From Gemmatimonadales bacterium (lineage in GTDB: Bacteria; Gemmatimonadota; Gemmatimonadetes; Gemmatimonadales; GWC2-71-9), in NCBI GenBank assembly GCA_035279865.1, contig DATEGY010000316.1, positions 1 through 49,291 on the forward strand: a DNA stretch of 49,291 bases, read 5' to 3'. This document shows, in pieces, positions 24,574-33,009 of the stretch. The notes beneath the pieces are model-generated. The model was not told the DNA's origin. It searched no databases and saw only the letters and a list, made by a program, of their open reading frames with translations. Numbering within the stretch: the first letter of the stretch is position 1; each line of letters starts with the position of its first letter. Made by a program: the position numbers and the translations under genes.

Positions 24574-25488
24574 TCAGACCGGCTGCAGCGCCTCGGCTTC
24601 TTCGCGGCGCGCGGTCTCGGTGAGGCGCCAGCCCGTCAGCAGCGCGCCGAAGAAAATTACCGGCAGAACCTGCAGGGCCTGCAGCGCGAGCCCCGCCGCC
24701 ACCGAGCGGTCGGCGGGCACCCCGAACTGCAGAAGACCCACCACCATCGCCGCCTGCGTCACGCCCAGCCCCGCCGGGGTGATGCGCACGATGCCACCCA
24801 GATTGGCGGCGACCAGCGCCGTGAACGATGCCGCCGGGGTCACAGGGATGTGGGCCGCAACCAGCACCAGATGATAGGTCCCCCACTGCGTGCCCCAGTT
24901 GACGAGGCCGAGTACCGTCGGCCAGAAGAGCCGGCCCCCCGAACCCATCTCGGCGAGCACCGCCGCGCGGCGCTGTAAAGACGCGGGCAGCTGATTGAGG
25001 ATCCACGACCAGCCGCGATGCCACGTGATCAGCATGACGATCACGAGTCCGAGTCCGGCGCCCACCTGCAGGCCACGGAGCCAGTGCGGCAGGCGCAGGA
25101 GGCTGGGCGCCATAACCAGGAAGATCGCGAGCGCGATCGTCTCCGTGACGCGCGTCCAGACGACCGACGAGATGGCCGCACCCACCGGCACGCCGTCGCG
25201 TTGGGCGATGTAATGGATGCGCGCTGCTTCGCCACCGACCGCGATGGACACGTTGTTGACCGCGGCACCGACGAGGTTCGCTTCCTGTGCCGTCTTCCAG
25301 CGGTTGGGCGACACGGGATTCAGCAGGAGATGCCACGCCCAGCCCTTGGCCACGAGCGAGCCCAGGTTGATCACCAGGGCGATGCCCAGAATCCAGTAGT
25401 TGGCGTTGATGAGGGTCGCGAGGGTGTCTTCCCAGGGGAAGCCGGCGAGCGCCTTGAGCGCCACGCCCAACCCGGCGAAGCCCAGCAC
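24574..25488 (-). CDS. lysylphosphatidylglycerol-synthase-TM-region / flippase-like (UPF0104) membrane protein
   Basis: Polytopic membrane protein. The W..A..ANLVGAAVN.....GGEAAR..Y pattern is typical of this family. Confidence 0.65.
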   Translation of the reverse strand: MLGFAGLGVALKALAGFPWEDTLATLINANYWILGIALVINLGSLVAKGWAWHLLLNPVSPNRWKTAQEANLVGAAVNNVSIAVGGEAARIHYIAQRDGVPVGAAISSVVWTRVTETIALAIFLVMAPSLLRLPHWLRGLQVGAGLGLVIVMLITWHRGWSWILNQLPASLQRRAAVLAEMGSGGRLFWPTVLGLVNWGTQWGTYHLVLVAAHIPVTPAASFTALVAANLGGIVRITPAGLGVTQAAMVVGLLQFGVPADRSVAAGLALQALQVLPVIFFGALLTGWRLTETARREEAEALQPV

Positions 25489-25514
25489 CCACCAGATCCA
25501 GCGGCGGCTCTTCC

Positions 25515-26210
25515 TCAGATCAACTCCTTGAGTGGTGCGAATTCGAATCCGGCATCGCGCCCGTCGCGAATGATGCCCGGCAACGCCTCGGCGGTCTGGC
25601 GACGATCCCCGGTGAAGTCATATCCGTCCCCATCGTGCAGCAGAATCACGGCTCCCGGCACGAGGTGCGCCCTCACCCGCCGGCGAATCTCCTCCGCCCC
25701 GGGACGCGCACTGTCCCAGACCCCGAAAGTCCAGCCGAACAGGGTGTATTCCAGTCGCCGTACGGTACGGCCCACGAATGGGTTCCGGTAGCCGTGGGGG
25801 GCGCGGAAGGTCCGTGGAGGCCTCCCCACTGCTTCAGAGATAACGCCATGCGCCTCCTCGAGTTCCCGACGGATTCGCGCAGGACCTCGACGATGCAATT
25901 TGACATGGTTTTGCGTGTGATTTCCCACCTCGTGGCCCGCCTGGGCCACGGCCCGGGCCAGTGCCGGCTCACGGCGGACAAAGCCCCCGACCATGAAGAA
26001 TGCGGCGGGCACCGCCTCCCGGGCGAGGGTCTCGAGAATCGACGCGGTGGCCGAGAGTGACGGACCGTCGTCGAACGTGAGGTAGACGCGCGGGGACCCC
26101 GGCGCTCCGCGCGAGACCGACCGGCCGTACAGCCCGCTGTTCGGGGCGTAGGCGCCATATGCAGCCACGCCCGCGGCCCCGAGACCCAGCGCGGCGAGGG
26201 TCTCGATCAC
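25515..26210 (-). CDS. polysaccharide deacetylase (NodB/CE4 family)
   Basis: GTG 26210 in a GTGA overlap with the GT4 stop. YLTFDDGPS...GHEVGNHTQNH...LLHDGD (CE4 motifs). Confidence 0.85.
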   Translation of the reverse strand: MIETLAALGLGAAGVAAYGAYAPNSGLYGRSVSRGAPGSPRVYLTFDDGPSLSATASILETLAREAVPAAFFMVGGFVRREPALARAVAQAGHEVGNHTQNHVKLHRRGPARIRRELEEAHGVISEAVGRPPRTFRAPHGYRNPFVGRTVRRLEYTLFGWTFGVWDSARPGAEEIRRRVRAHLVPGAVILLHDGDGYDFTGDRRQTAEALPGIIRDGRDAGFEFAPLKELI

Positions 26211-27313
26211 TGCTTGATCCGCTGGTAGACCTCGAGCACCCGCTCGGCGATCCGCGGCCACGCGAATTGGGCGGCCTTGGCCAGGCCGGCGGCCCCCATC
26301 GCCTGGCGGCGCCCGGGGTCTTCGATGAGCGCGTTCGTGGCGCGGGCCCAGGCCAGGGGACTGTCCTTCGGCACCAGTACCGCCTCGGCACCGCCGGCGA
26401 TCAGCTCGCGGAAGCCGGTGATATCGGATACCACGAGGGGCGTCCCGCAGGCCATCGCTTCGAGCAGCGTAATGCCGAACGACGCCTTCGTGGTCGGGCA
26501 CAGGTAGAGATCGGCACCGCTGTAGTAGTCAGGGCGCTCGTCGGAGACCTGCCCCACGAACTTGACGGCCTTCCCCAGATGCGCCCCCCGGGCCTCGTAG
26601 CTCGCGCGCAGAGGGCCGTCACCCACCACGATCAACTCGGCGGTCGGATGGCGTTCGAGGATCATCGGCATGGCCTCGAGCACGGTGTCCAACCCGTTGC
26701 GGGGATCGAGCCGTCCCAGAAAGAGCAGACGGGGTCCGCGCGTCGCGGCTTCGCGCTCCCGCCGGCCGTTGGGGTGGAAGTAGCTGACGTCCACGCCGTT
26801 GGGGATGATCTCCCAATCGGCCCTGAAGTACATCGACATCGCGTGCACTACCGGGTCGGAAACCGCGATCCGCGCGGCCACGCGGTCGAGACGCGGCTGC
26901 AGCCACCACCGGAACATGCGGTAAAGCCTGGAGCTCGAGAACCAGGTATGAGACGTGGCCACCACCGGCAGGCCGAGCAGCCAGCCGGCACTCGCGGCCT
27001 TGAGACCCAGCATCGGCGCGAGGACGTCCTGGCTGTGCACGATCTCGATCCGCTCAGCCCTGAGAATGTCGGCAATCTTCCGGGTGATGGCCCAGCCGGT
27101 GGAAACCCGGGCGTACGAGCCGTTGGACAAGACCACGCGGCTCGTCCCGACGCGCCGGACCCAGTCCGGGTCGGGCCCCTGCCCGTCCATGTTGGAGGTG
27201 ATGACGATGGCGTGATGACCCCGTCGCCGGAACTCGAGCGCAAGGTTATGGACGTGCTCGGTGACGCCACCCAGGTGCGGGTAGTAGAACTCCGTGACCA
27301 GGGCGATGCGCAT
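26207..27313 (-). CDS. GT4 family glycosyltransferase (PimA/PimB-like)
   Basis: Start MRIALVTEFYYPHLGGVTEHV at ATG 27313, internal to the track ORF. C-terminal EASFGITLLEAMACGTPLV (E-x7-E region). Confidence 0.85.
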   Translation of the reverse strand: MRIALVTEFYYPHLGGVTEHVHNLALEFRRRGHHAIVITSNMDGQGPDPDWVRRVGTSRVVLSNGSYARVSTGWAITRKIADILRAERIEIVHSQDVLAPMLGLKAASAGWLLGLPVVATSHTWFSSSRLYRMFRWWLQPRLDRVAARIAVSDPVVHAMSMYFRADWEIIPNGVDVSYFHPNGRREREAATRGPRLLFLGRLDPRNGLDTVLEAMPMILERHPTAELIVVGDGPLRASYEARGAHLGKAVKFVGQVSDERPDYYSGADLYLCPTTKASFGITLLEAMACGTPLVVSDITGFRELIAGGAEAVLVPKDSPLAWARATNALIEDPGRRQAMGAAGLAKAAQFAWPRIAERVLEVYQRIKQ

Positions 27314-27442
27314 GGGGGCGGAGGACTCCGGGCGCGGCGGCAAGCCAAAAACGTAACGCGGGGGGGTAGGGTTCGCCCGTGAGATGTCAGGTGGCCGTAA
27401 GTGCGTCCCGAGCACCGCGAGGTCTGCTTTCCCCGGGAGTCT

Positions 27443-27482
27443 GGAAAAATCGAAGCCCCCGGGTGGTTACCCACCCGGGGGC
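27443..27482 (-). terminator. strong intrinsic terminator (12-bp GC stem, 4-nt loop, U-tract on the minus strand)
   Basis: gcccccgggtgg-ttac-ccacccgggggc, followed on the minus strand by ttcgatttttcc. Confidence 0.8.
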
Positions 27483-27991
27483 CCCGCGCACCGGCTACCC
27501 GGAGCCAAGGGATTTACTCCCTCGTTCTTCTTCCCGCCGCCGCCGGTTGACTGTTGCGTCATTCGGTAGGGCGAACAGGAGCTCCGGCTTCGATCCCCAA
27601 GCAGCCTGGCCAGGCCACGAGGTTCACCAGTGTGAGTGCTGCGGGTCAGATCGGGTCGCGGACCGACCTTCCGCACTGCACGCCGAGGCACTACTTCGAC
27701 GTGGATGAAGCACGCGACTGGCTCCATCTGTCCGAGCCGGAGAGAGCACTCTCCCGGATCAGCGGGCGCCTGAGCCCTTGTTTGCATCGGCGCCCTCCCC
27801 GGAATTTCCGCCCGGACCCACCTTAAAGGCGTTGTGGAAGCGCTGGGCCTCCACCCTTCCCCTCAAGGCGCGTGAGAGGCAATATAGAGGTGCCGGAAAG
27901 CGGCGCAAGTGCCGATGTTTCTTCGGGTTAGCTCACTTCGATGTGCACGGGATGTGGAACCTAAGACGCGGGCAAATCGTCTGTTCTGGGG

Positions 27992-28041
27992 TTCATCCAC
28001 ACAATGTGGAGTTGTGTATCCACAGTGTGCACGTTCCCACA
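27992..28041. promoter_or_regulatory. cluster of four DnaA-box-like 9-mers
   Basis: tcATCCACA (27993-28001), TGTGGAgtt (28005-28013, reverse), gTATCCACA (28016-28024) and gTTcCCACA (28033-28041), compared with TTATCCACA. Boxes 1 and 2 form the palindrome TCCACA-caa-TGTGGA. Confidence 0.4.
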
Positions 28042-28042
28042 T

Positions 28043-28582
28043 CTAGGGGTTGGGGTGAGGTAGTACCACCGGGCGCACCGGTAACCCAGCGGACTTCACA
28101 AACGCGGCCCGTGCACCGTCGAACCGGTGAAGGGCTTGCGTGAGCTCGGTGACGCGATAGGGGCCCCACGCCCGGAGCGTGTCGGCGCGGTCGTCCGTGC
28201 GAGGGAGTGGTTGCCAGTCGCGCACACAACGCTCCAGCGCGGCGACCGTCTCTTCCGACGCAGCGCGAAGCTTGGCCTGACTGCGAACGGCCGTCGGTAC
28301 AGTAGAAACGGTCCGCGCCGCGAGCATGCCCTGAAGCCGGCGCATGGAACTGACGCCGGAAGCGCACGCGCTCTGCACGGATGTCGCCCGGGCCAGTACC
28401 ATGGTCGGCGAGGCGGTCTGGAGATCGTTCCGGAAGGCCTGGGTGAACCCGCGCAGCATGTCCAGCGTGTCGGCGGTGGCATTCACGGCATCCCCGTAGC
28501 GGCGCAAGACCGTGCTGTCGGGGACCTGCGGGAATACGGGCGCGACGAGCGCGCCCCAGAGCGGCACCCAGAGTGGAAGCAT
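28043..28582 (-). CDS. secreted hypothetical protein (179 aa)
   Basis: Start MLPLWVPLWGALVAPVFPQ at ATG 28582 (TGATG overlap with the upstream gene). Only the C-terminal part of track ORF 28043..29080 is protein-like. Confidence 0.6.
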   Translation of the reverse strand: MLPLWVPLWGALVAPVFPQVPDSTVLRRYGDAVNATADTLDMLRGFTQAFRNDLQTASPTMVLARATSVQSACASGVSSMRRLQGMLAARTVSTVPTAVRSQAKLRAASEETVAALERCVRDWQPLPRTDDRADTLRAWGPYRVTELTQALHRFDGARAAFVKSAGLPVRPVVLPHPNP

Positions 28583-29202
28583 CAGGAGTCGATACCGACT
28601 TCGCAGTACGTGAAGGGCTCGCCCGGCTGCGGCGGCAGGAAGAGACAACCGGCCCCGCTGGTGGCGAACCAGCCCGAGAGGAGTTGCGTCGAGTGACTGC
28701 CGACCGGTTCCGCGAACAGAGCCTGGATCCACCGCCGGACGTGACGCAACTCGGGGGCCCGGCGGGACAGCATGCTGAGCACGGCGCCCAGACCCTGCGT
28801 GGCCCTGAGGAAGTGTGCGACCGCATGGACCCGCTGGGTGAAGATGTAGGCCCGGACGCCCGGCTCGTCGTACAGCAGAGTGCCCTCGTACGGGTCGGCG
28901 GGCGGAGCATCCATTTGGGGACCGAAGTAAACGTAAAGCCGGGCGTCGCCGTCCCGGCGTTCCACCACCGCGGCCGCCGCGTCCGCGCTCACCCGCGCCG
29001 CGTGCAAGAGGTCGTCCTCGGCCAGAATGCCGACCGCCGCCGTCCACTCGATGGCCGCGAGGGCCTGGTCGAGGGGACACCCCACCGTGTCGTCGAACGC
29101 CAGCAGGCGCGGTGCTTCCCCTGCCCGCTGGAAGAAGTGGGCGAGGGCGTCGGCCCGGTCGTCGAAGGTACGGACAATTCGCGAGGTTGCGGGAACCGTC
29201 AT
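28582..29202 (-). CDS. hypothetical protein (206 aa)
   Basis: Start MTVPATSRIVRTFDDRADALAHFF at ATG 29202. Protein-like composition with no recognisable motif. Confidence 0.6.
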   Translation of the reverse strand: MTVPATSRIVRTFDDRADALAHFFQRAGEAPRLLAFDDTVGCPLDQALAAIEWTAAVGILAEDDLLHAARVSADAAAAVVERRDGDARLYVYFGPQMDAPPADPYEGTLLYDEPGVRAYIFTQRVHAVAHFLRATQGLGAVLSMLSRRAPELRHVRRWIQALFAEPVGSHSTQLLSGWFATSGAGCLFLPPQPGEPFTYCEVGIDS

Positions 29203-29258
29203 TGCGTGATTATAACCCTGTGCCAGTAGCCCAGACAGACCTTGTTCAGGAGAAGCGA

Positions 29259-29804
29259 ATGCGTCGACTCGTCGTGTTGCTGAGTATGGCCGGAGCCATT
29301 GTGGCTGCGCCACTGGCCGCCCAGGACAGCACGCCCGCGCCCAAACCGGCCGACTCCACACATGCCGACTCGACGCCGCCCCCTCCCACGCCGGAACAGC
29401 AGAAGTGGATGCAGGGCCTCCGCACGGCTGCGCGCGGGATCGGGCAGATCAAGAGCGGCATCGAGAGCGTGCAGCGCGCCGGCACCAGCACCAAAGAGCT
29501 CAGGCGCGCCGGGAAACTTCTCGCAGGCTTCTGCGGCACGGGGCGCGGCTTCATGCGCACGGGCGTCGCGAAGATGCCCTCCGCGGCCTATGAGGGCGAC
29601 AACCGGAAGATCGCCCGTCAGGTCGTCATTCAGATCGACTCGGTCGCCCGCGCAACGAATACCTGCGAAGCGCAGGCGGCGCGCGATCCCAAGACGTCGG
29701 TTGAGCATCTCATGCCCTTCCTTCAAAGCTACGAGGCCGCCGTCGCCGCCTGGCGGAGCATGATCGGCCTCCCACCCCTCACGACACGAGCGACAAAGCC
29801 ATAA
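29259..29804 (+). CDS. secreted hypothetical protein (181 aa)
   Basis: ATG 29259 after AGGAGAA. Signal peptide MRRLVVLLSMAGAIVAAPLAAQ, a Pro/Thr-rich linker, and a two-Cys helical domain. Confidence 0.65.
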   Translation: MRRLVVLLSMAGAIVAAPLAAQDSTPAPKPADSTHADSTPPPPTPEQQKWMQGLRTAARGIGQIKSGIESVQRAGTSTKELRRAGKLLAGFCGTGRGFMRTGVAKMPSAAYEGDNRKIARQVVIQIDSVARATNTCEAQAARDPKTSVEHLMPFLQSYEAAVAAWRSMIGLPPLTTRATKP

Positions 29805-29923
29805 GATATTCCCCTATATCGTTTTATAGTTCCACTGAAACATTGATGTATCAATGATGTCGTGATTAAGCCAGATGATCTGAATAGTCGCGCAAACCGT
29901 TCGCGCGTGGTCGCTTACCGTTA

Positions 29924-29952
29924 TTGACACCCTCCGAAGCCACCTCTACTTT
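29924..29952 (+). promoter_or_regulatory. sigma70-like promoter for cspA
   Basis: TTGACA, 17 nt, TACTTT. It predicts a 5' UTR of about 150 nt, as is usual for cold-shock genes. Confidence 0.45.
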
Positions 29953-30108
29953 TGGCCGCGGTTCAAGCAAGACGTGGCACCGTCACCGGTTGGACTGCGC
30001 ACCGCGAGAACCACAGGTCTCGCGGTTTTTGTTTGAGCCCGACACTGATCGCGGTGGTCAGCGTCGCACCATTCCGGGGCAGTGCCCCTCAGTTCGAGGA
30101 TGCAACAG

Positions 30109-30309
30109 ATGGCCAAGGGCAAGGTGAAGTGGTTCAACGACGCGAAAGGCTTCGGCTTTATCGCGCAGGAGTCGGGACCGGACGTGTTCGTCCACTTCAC
30201 GGCGATCCAGGCGGAAGGGTTCCGCAGCCTCGCAGAGGGTGACAACGTGGAGTTCGAAGTCGCCCAGGGACCTAAGGGCCTGCAGGCGCAGAACGTCCGC
30301 AAGGTCTGA
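30109..30309 (+). CDS. cspA: cold-shock protein (CspA family)
   Basis: [33 protein letters not shown] (RNP1/RNP2 motifs). GAGGA SD 9 nt upstream. Confidence 0.95.
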   Translation: MAKGKVKWFNDAKGFGFIAQESGPDVFVHFTAIQAEGFRSLAEGDNVEFEVAQGPKGLQAQNVRKV

Positions 30310-30332
30310 GTCCGGCAGGGATCGCTGGAGGG

Positions 30333-30362
30333 ACGGGCCCGGTACCAACCGGGCCCGTTTTT
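30333..30362 (+). terminator. intrinsic terminator of cspA
   Basis: acgggcccgg-taccaa-ccgggcccgt, a perfect 10-bp stem, followed by ttttt. Confidence 0.85.
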
Positions 30363-30389
30363 CATTCTCAAACCCTATATTGTCATTCG

Positions 30390-30944
30390 ATGCGCACGCT
30401 GACCTTGACCCTGCTCCTGGTACCAGGTCTCCTCGCCGGCCAGGCCACCCCGGCGGCCCCTGCCGCCACCCCCGCGGCCACCGGATTGCTCCCCTACCGC
30501 GGATTCCACGCGGGCGTCTCCGCCGCCGACTTCGAGCTGCGGGCACGGAAGATTACCCGGCCCGGTGCTACTCCCATGCTCTGCAACACTTCGACCCGCA
30601 CCGCCCAGGTGATGGAATGTGGTGTGATCATCCACGATCCGGACGACGGTGCGGAGTTCTATCTGAGTGGCCATTTCATCGATGGGAAGGCGGACGTCGT
30701 GTCCTTCGGCGACTCCGGCACCACGGAGCTGGTCCTCAGGACCCAGCGGGAGCTGCGGGCCCGCTACGGTGCGCCGCATCCGGTCGGGACCGCCGCCTGG
30801 GAGTGGCGGCAGGGTCACCAGTTCGTCCGCCTCACCTGGCGGGCACGGGGCGCGCGCCGCTGGATCTTCATCCAGCTGACCGACACCGATGTGATGCGGG
30901 GTATCGGGCACTACGTACCCAAGGAAGCTCCCAAGAAGGGCTGA
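30390..30944 (+). CDS. secreted hypothetical protein (184 aa)
   Basis: Signal peptide MRTLTLTLLLVPGLLAGQA. Protein-like, with no recognisable motif. Confidence 0.6.
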   Translation: MRTLTLTLLLVPGLLAGQATPAAPAATPAATGLLPYRGFHAGVSAADFELRARKITRPGATPMLCNTSTRTAQVMECGVIIHDPDDGAEFYLSGHFIDGKADVVSFGDSGTTELVLRTQRELRARYGAPHPVGTAAWEWRQGHQFVRLTWRARGARRWIFIQLTDTDVMRGIGHYVPKEAPKKG

Positions 30945-30951
30945 CGCCGGA

Positions 30952-31794
30952 TTAGATCACCGTGACCGGCGACAGCCGGCCACGCTCCCCCTCGTACATC
31001 GCTTCCGCCGCATCCAGCGCCGAACGAACGTCGGCTGTCAATCCGTCCCGATACTTCACGCTGGGCGGCACGACGCCGGTCAGGCGGCGCACCGCCACCA
31101 GCGCCCGGATCACTTCGCACCGGTCCGCATCCGCATCGGTATGCCCGCTCACGCACAGTTCGAGGAAGAGCGGCAGGGCGTCGGGATCGCCCAGGAAGTA
31201 GAGCGACCCCAGAATTTTCGGGCCGAGGAACCGCCGGCGGAGCTGCTCGCCGCGGATCCGGTCGAAGAGTGCGAGCAGATCAGGGACGTGGTCCGGATAC
31301 CACCGGGCCGCTTCCACGGCGGCGGCGACGAACGCATGGTGCGAGGCCGGGGTGCGGAGGTACCGCTGAAACAGCGGCCCCGCCGCGGGCGGATGCCGCT
31401 CAGCCAGGGCGAGAAACGCGAAGTACCGGCGGGCGAGGGGCGCCAGGGGATCCCCGATGACCGTGCGCAGCCCGGCACTCCCCCACCGCGAGGCGACCAG
31501 CGCGGCCGCGGCGGCGTGCTGCCAGCGTTCCAACTCGGGGACCCGGAACGTGATGGTGTGGACGTCCCGGAGCGCGCGCGCACGCGCCAGCGCGGCCAGG
31601 AGCCGCCGGTCGAGTGCCGCGAGGCCGCGCTCGAACGGTTCCGCATGCGGATGACGCGCGACGGTGACCGCCTCCCACCCCACCCGCTCCAGCTCCTCCG
31701 CATCCCACACCGCCTCGAACGCCGCGGTGTCCCGCGTCGTCAGCAGGCGTTCCAGTGCCCCGGTGAATTGGAAGAGCGTGGCGACCTGATCCAC
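30952..31794 (-). CDS. hypothetical helical protein (280 aa)
   Basis: Best frame in this interval. Helical, Leu/Ala/Arg-rich, with no recognisable motif. Confidence 0.55.
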   Translation of the reverse strand: MDQVATLFQFTGALERLLTTRDTAAFEAVWDAEELERVGWEAVTVARHPHAEPFERGLAALDRRLLAALARARALRDVHTITFRVPELERWQHAAAAALVASRWGSAGLRTVIGDPLAPLARRYFAFLALAERHPPAAGPLFQRYLRTPASHHAFVAAAVEAARWYPDHVPDLLALFDRIRGEQLRRRFLGPKILGSLYFLGDPDALPLFLELCVSGHTDADADRCEVIRALVAVRRLTGVVPPSVKYRDGLTADVRSALDAAEAMYEGERGRLSPVTVI

Positions 31795-31881
31795 GGCTCC
31801 AAATTATCCCCCGGGCGGCATTGCGGAACCCCATACGTGGCTTTAACCTTGCCGCGGTTCGCCTCTCTCCCCACCTGGAGG

Positions 31882-33009
31882 ATGTCCCTGCGGAAACCTG
31901 CCCTCCCCCTCCCGCTCCTCCTGGCCCTCGGGTCGGCCGCGTGCGGCGCGTCCGGTGGCACAGTCACCATCGCCGTCTCGGGCGACGTGAAGGAGGCCAG
32001 CGGAGTGAGCATGCGCCAGGCCGCGGACCTTGCCGTCAGCGAAATCAACGCGCGCGGGGGCATCGGGGGCCGCCACCTGGAAGTGCGTTTCCTGCCCGAC
32101 TCCGGAGACCCCAACGTGGCCGTGCGGATTGCGCGCCGGCTGGTGGATGACGGCTCCGTGGTCGCCGTGGTGGGTCACGTGACGTCCGGGATCACTCAGG
32201 CCGCGATGGGCGTCTACGGCAGTGGCCGGAGCCCTCTCCCGGTGGTCTCGCCCACCGCCTCGAGCCCCGACCTGTCCGGCGTGTCGCCGTACTTCTTCCG
32301 CACCTGCCCCACGGACCTGGCCCATGGGCCGGCTCTGGCGCGCTTCGCCCGCAACACCCTGCATGCCTCCCGGGTGGCCATCCTCTTCGAGGACGACGAC
32401 TACGGGCGGGGCATGAAGCGGGCCTTTTCGCGGGAATTCCGCCAGCTGGGAGGGACGGTGGTCTCCGAAGATCCGTTCTTCGCGACCACCCCGTCCCTCG
32501 AGCCATACCTGGCCCGCATCCAGCGGCTGGGCGGGGCGGACGTCGTGGTGGTGGGCGCCGATCCGGAGGGCGGCACGCTGGCGCTCCGCGACCTGCGCCG
32601 GCTGGGCAGCCGGGTCCCCGTGATCGGGGGCGACGGCCTGGCGGGGATCGAGGCCGACACCGCGCTGGCCGAGGGGACCCGGATCTCGCTCTCCTACCTG
32701 GCCGACCGGCCTGGCGCCGCGAACGCCAACTTCGTGGCCGCCTACGCCCGCGCGAATCATGGCGACCGCCCCAACGACACGGGCGCGGAAACCTATGACG
32801 CCGTGAACCTGCTGGCGAAGGCCATCGAGCAGGTCGGGCCGGACCGGCGAGCCATCCGGGACTACCTGGCCCAGGTGGGTACCGGTCGTCCGGCGTTCGA
32901 GGGCGTCACGGGCAGCGTCGCGTTCGACTCTCTCGGAGATGTCCCGGCGAAAGCGGTGGTGATCGGCGTCGTCCGGGCCGGGCACCTCGAGCTCGACCGC
33001 ACGCGATGA
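31882..33009 (+). CDS. LivK-type (Peripla_BP_6) periplasmic amino-acid-binding lipoprotein
   Basis: [22 protein letters not shown] (lipobox). TIAVSGDV...[18 protein letters not shown]...[11 protein letters not shown] is typical of branched-chain amino acid binding proteins. Confidence 0.8.
   Translation: MSLRKPALPLPLLLALGSAACGASGGTVTIAVSGDVKEASGVSMRQAADLAVSEINARGGIGGRHLEVRFLPDSGDPNVAVRIARRLVDDGSVVAVVGHVTSGITQAAMGVYGSGRSPLPVVSPTASSPDLSGVSPYFFRTCPTDLAHGPALARFARNTLHASRVAILFEDDDYGRGMKRAFSREFRQLGGTVVSEDPFFATTPSLEPYLARIQRLGGADVVVVGADPEGGTLALRDLRRLGSRVPVIGGDGLAGIEADTALAEGTRISLSYLADRPGAANANFVAAYARANHGDRPNDTGAETYDAVNLLAKAIEQVGPDRRAIRDYLAQVGTGRPAFEGVTGSVAFDSLGDVPAKAVVIGVVRAGHLELDRTR

Noticed and set aside
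27467-27787. 106-aa ORF with a good GGAGG upstream
   Set aside because: Its third-position GC is clearly lower than in neighbouring genes, and its composition is Arg/Pro/Gly-rich and not protein-like. Its stop codon sits in the loop of the terminator hairpin.
27992-28041. Calling this the chromosomal origin (oriC)
   Set aside because: Only one box is within one mismatch of the consensus. There is no adjacent AT-rich DUE and no dnaA/dnaN or other origin-linked genes. It is kept as a finding only as a DnaA-box-like cluster.
27483-28042. tmRNA, RNase P RNA, SRP RNA or a tRNA in the non-coding stretch
   Set aside because: Only partial look-alikes are present: GGAAATTCCGGGG versus GGAAAGUCCGGGC, and ACAGGAGCTCCGGCTT on the wrong strand and in the wrong order. 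There is no T-arm/CCA end, no ...LAA tag frame and no SRP GGAA motif context.
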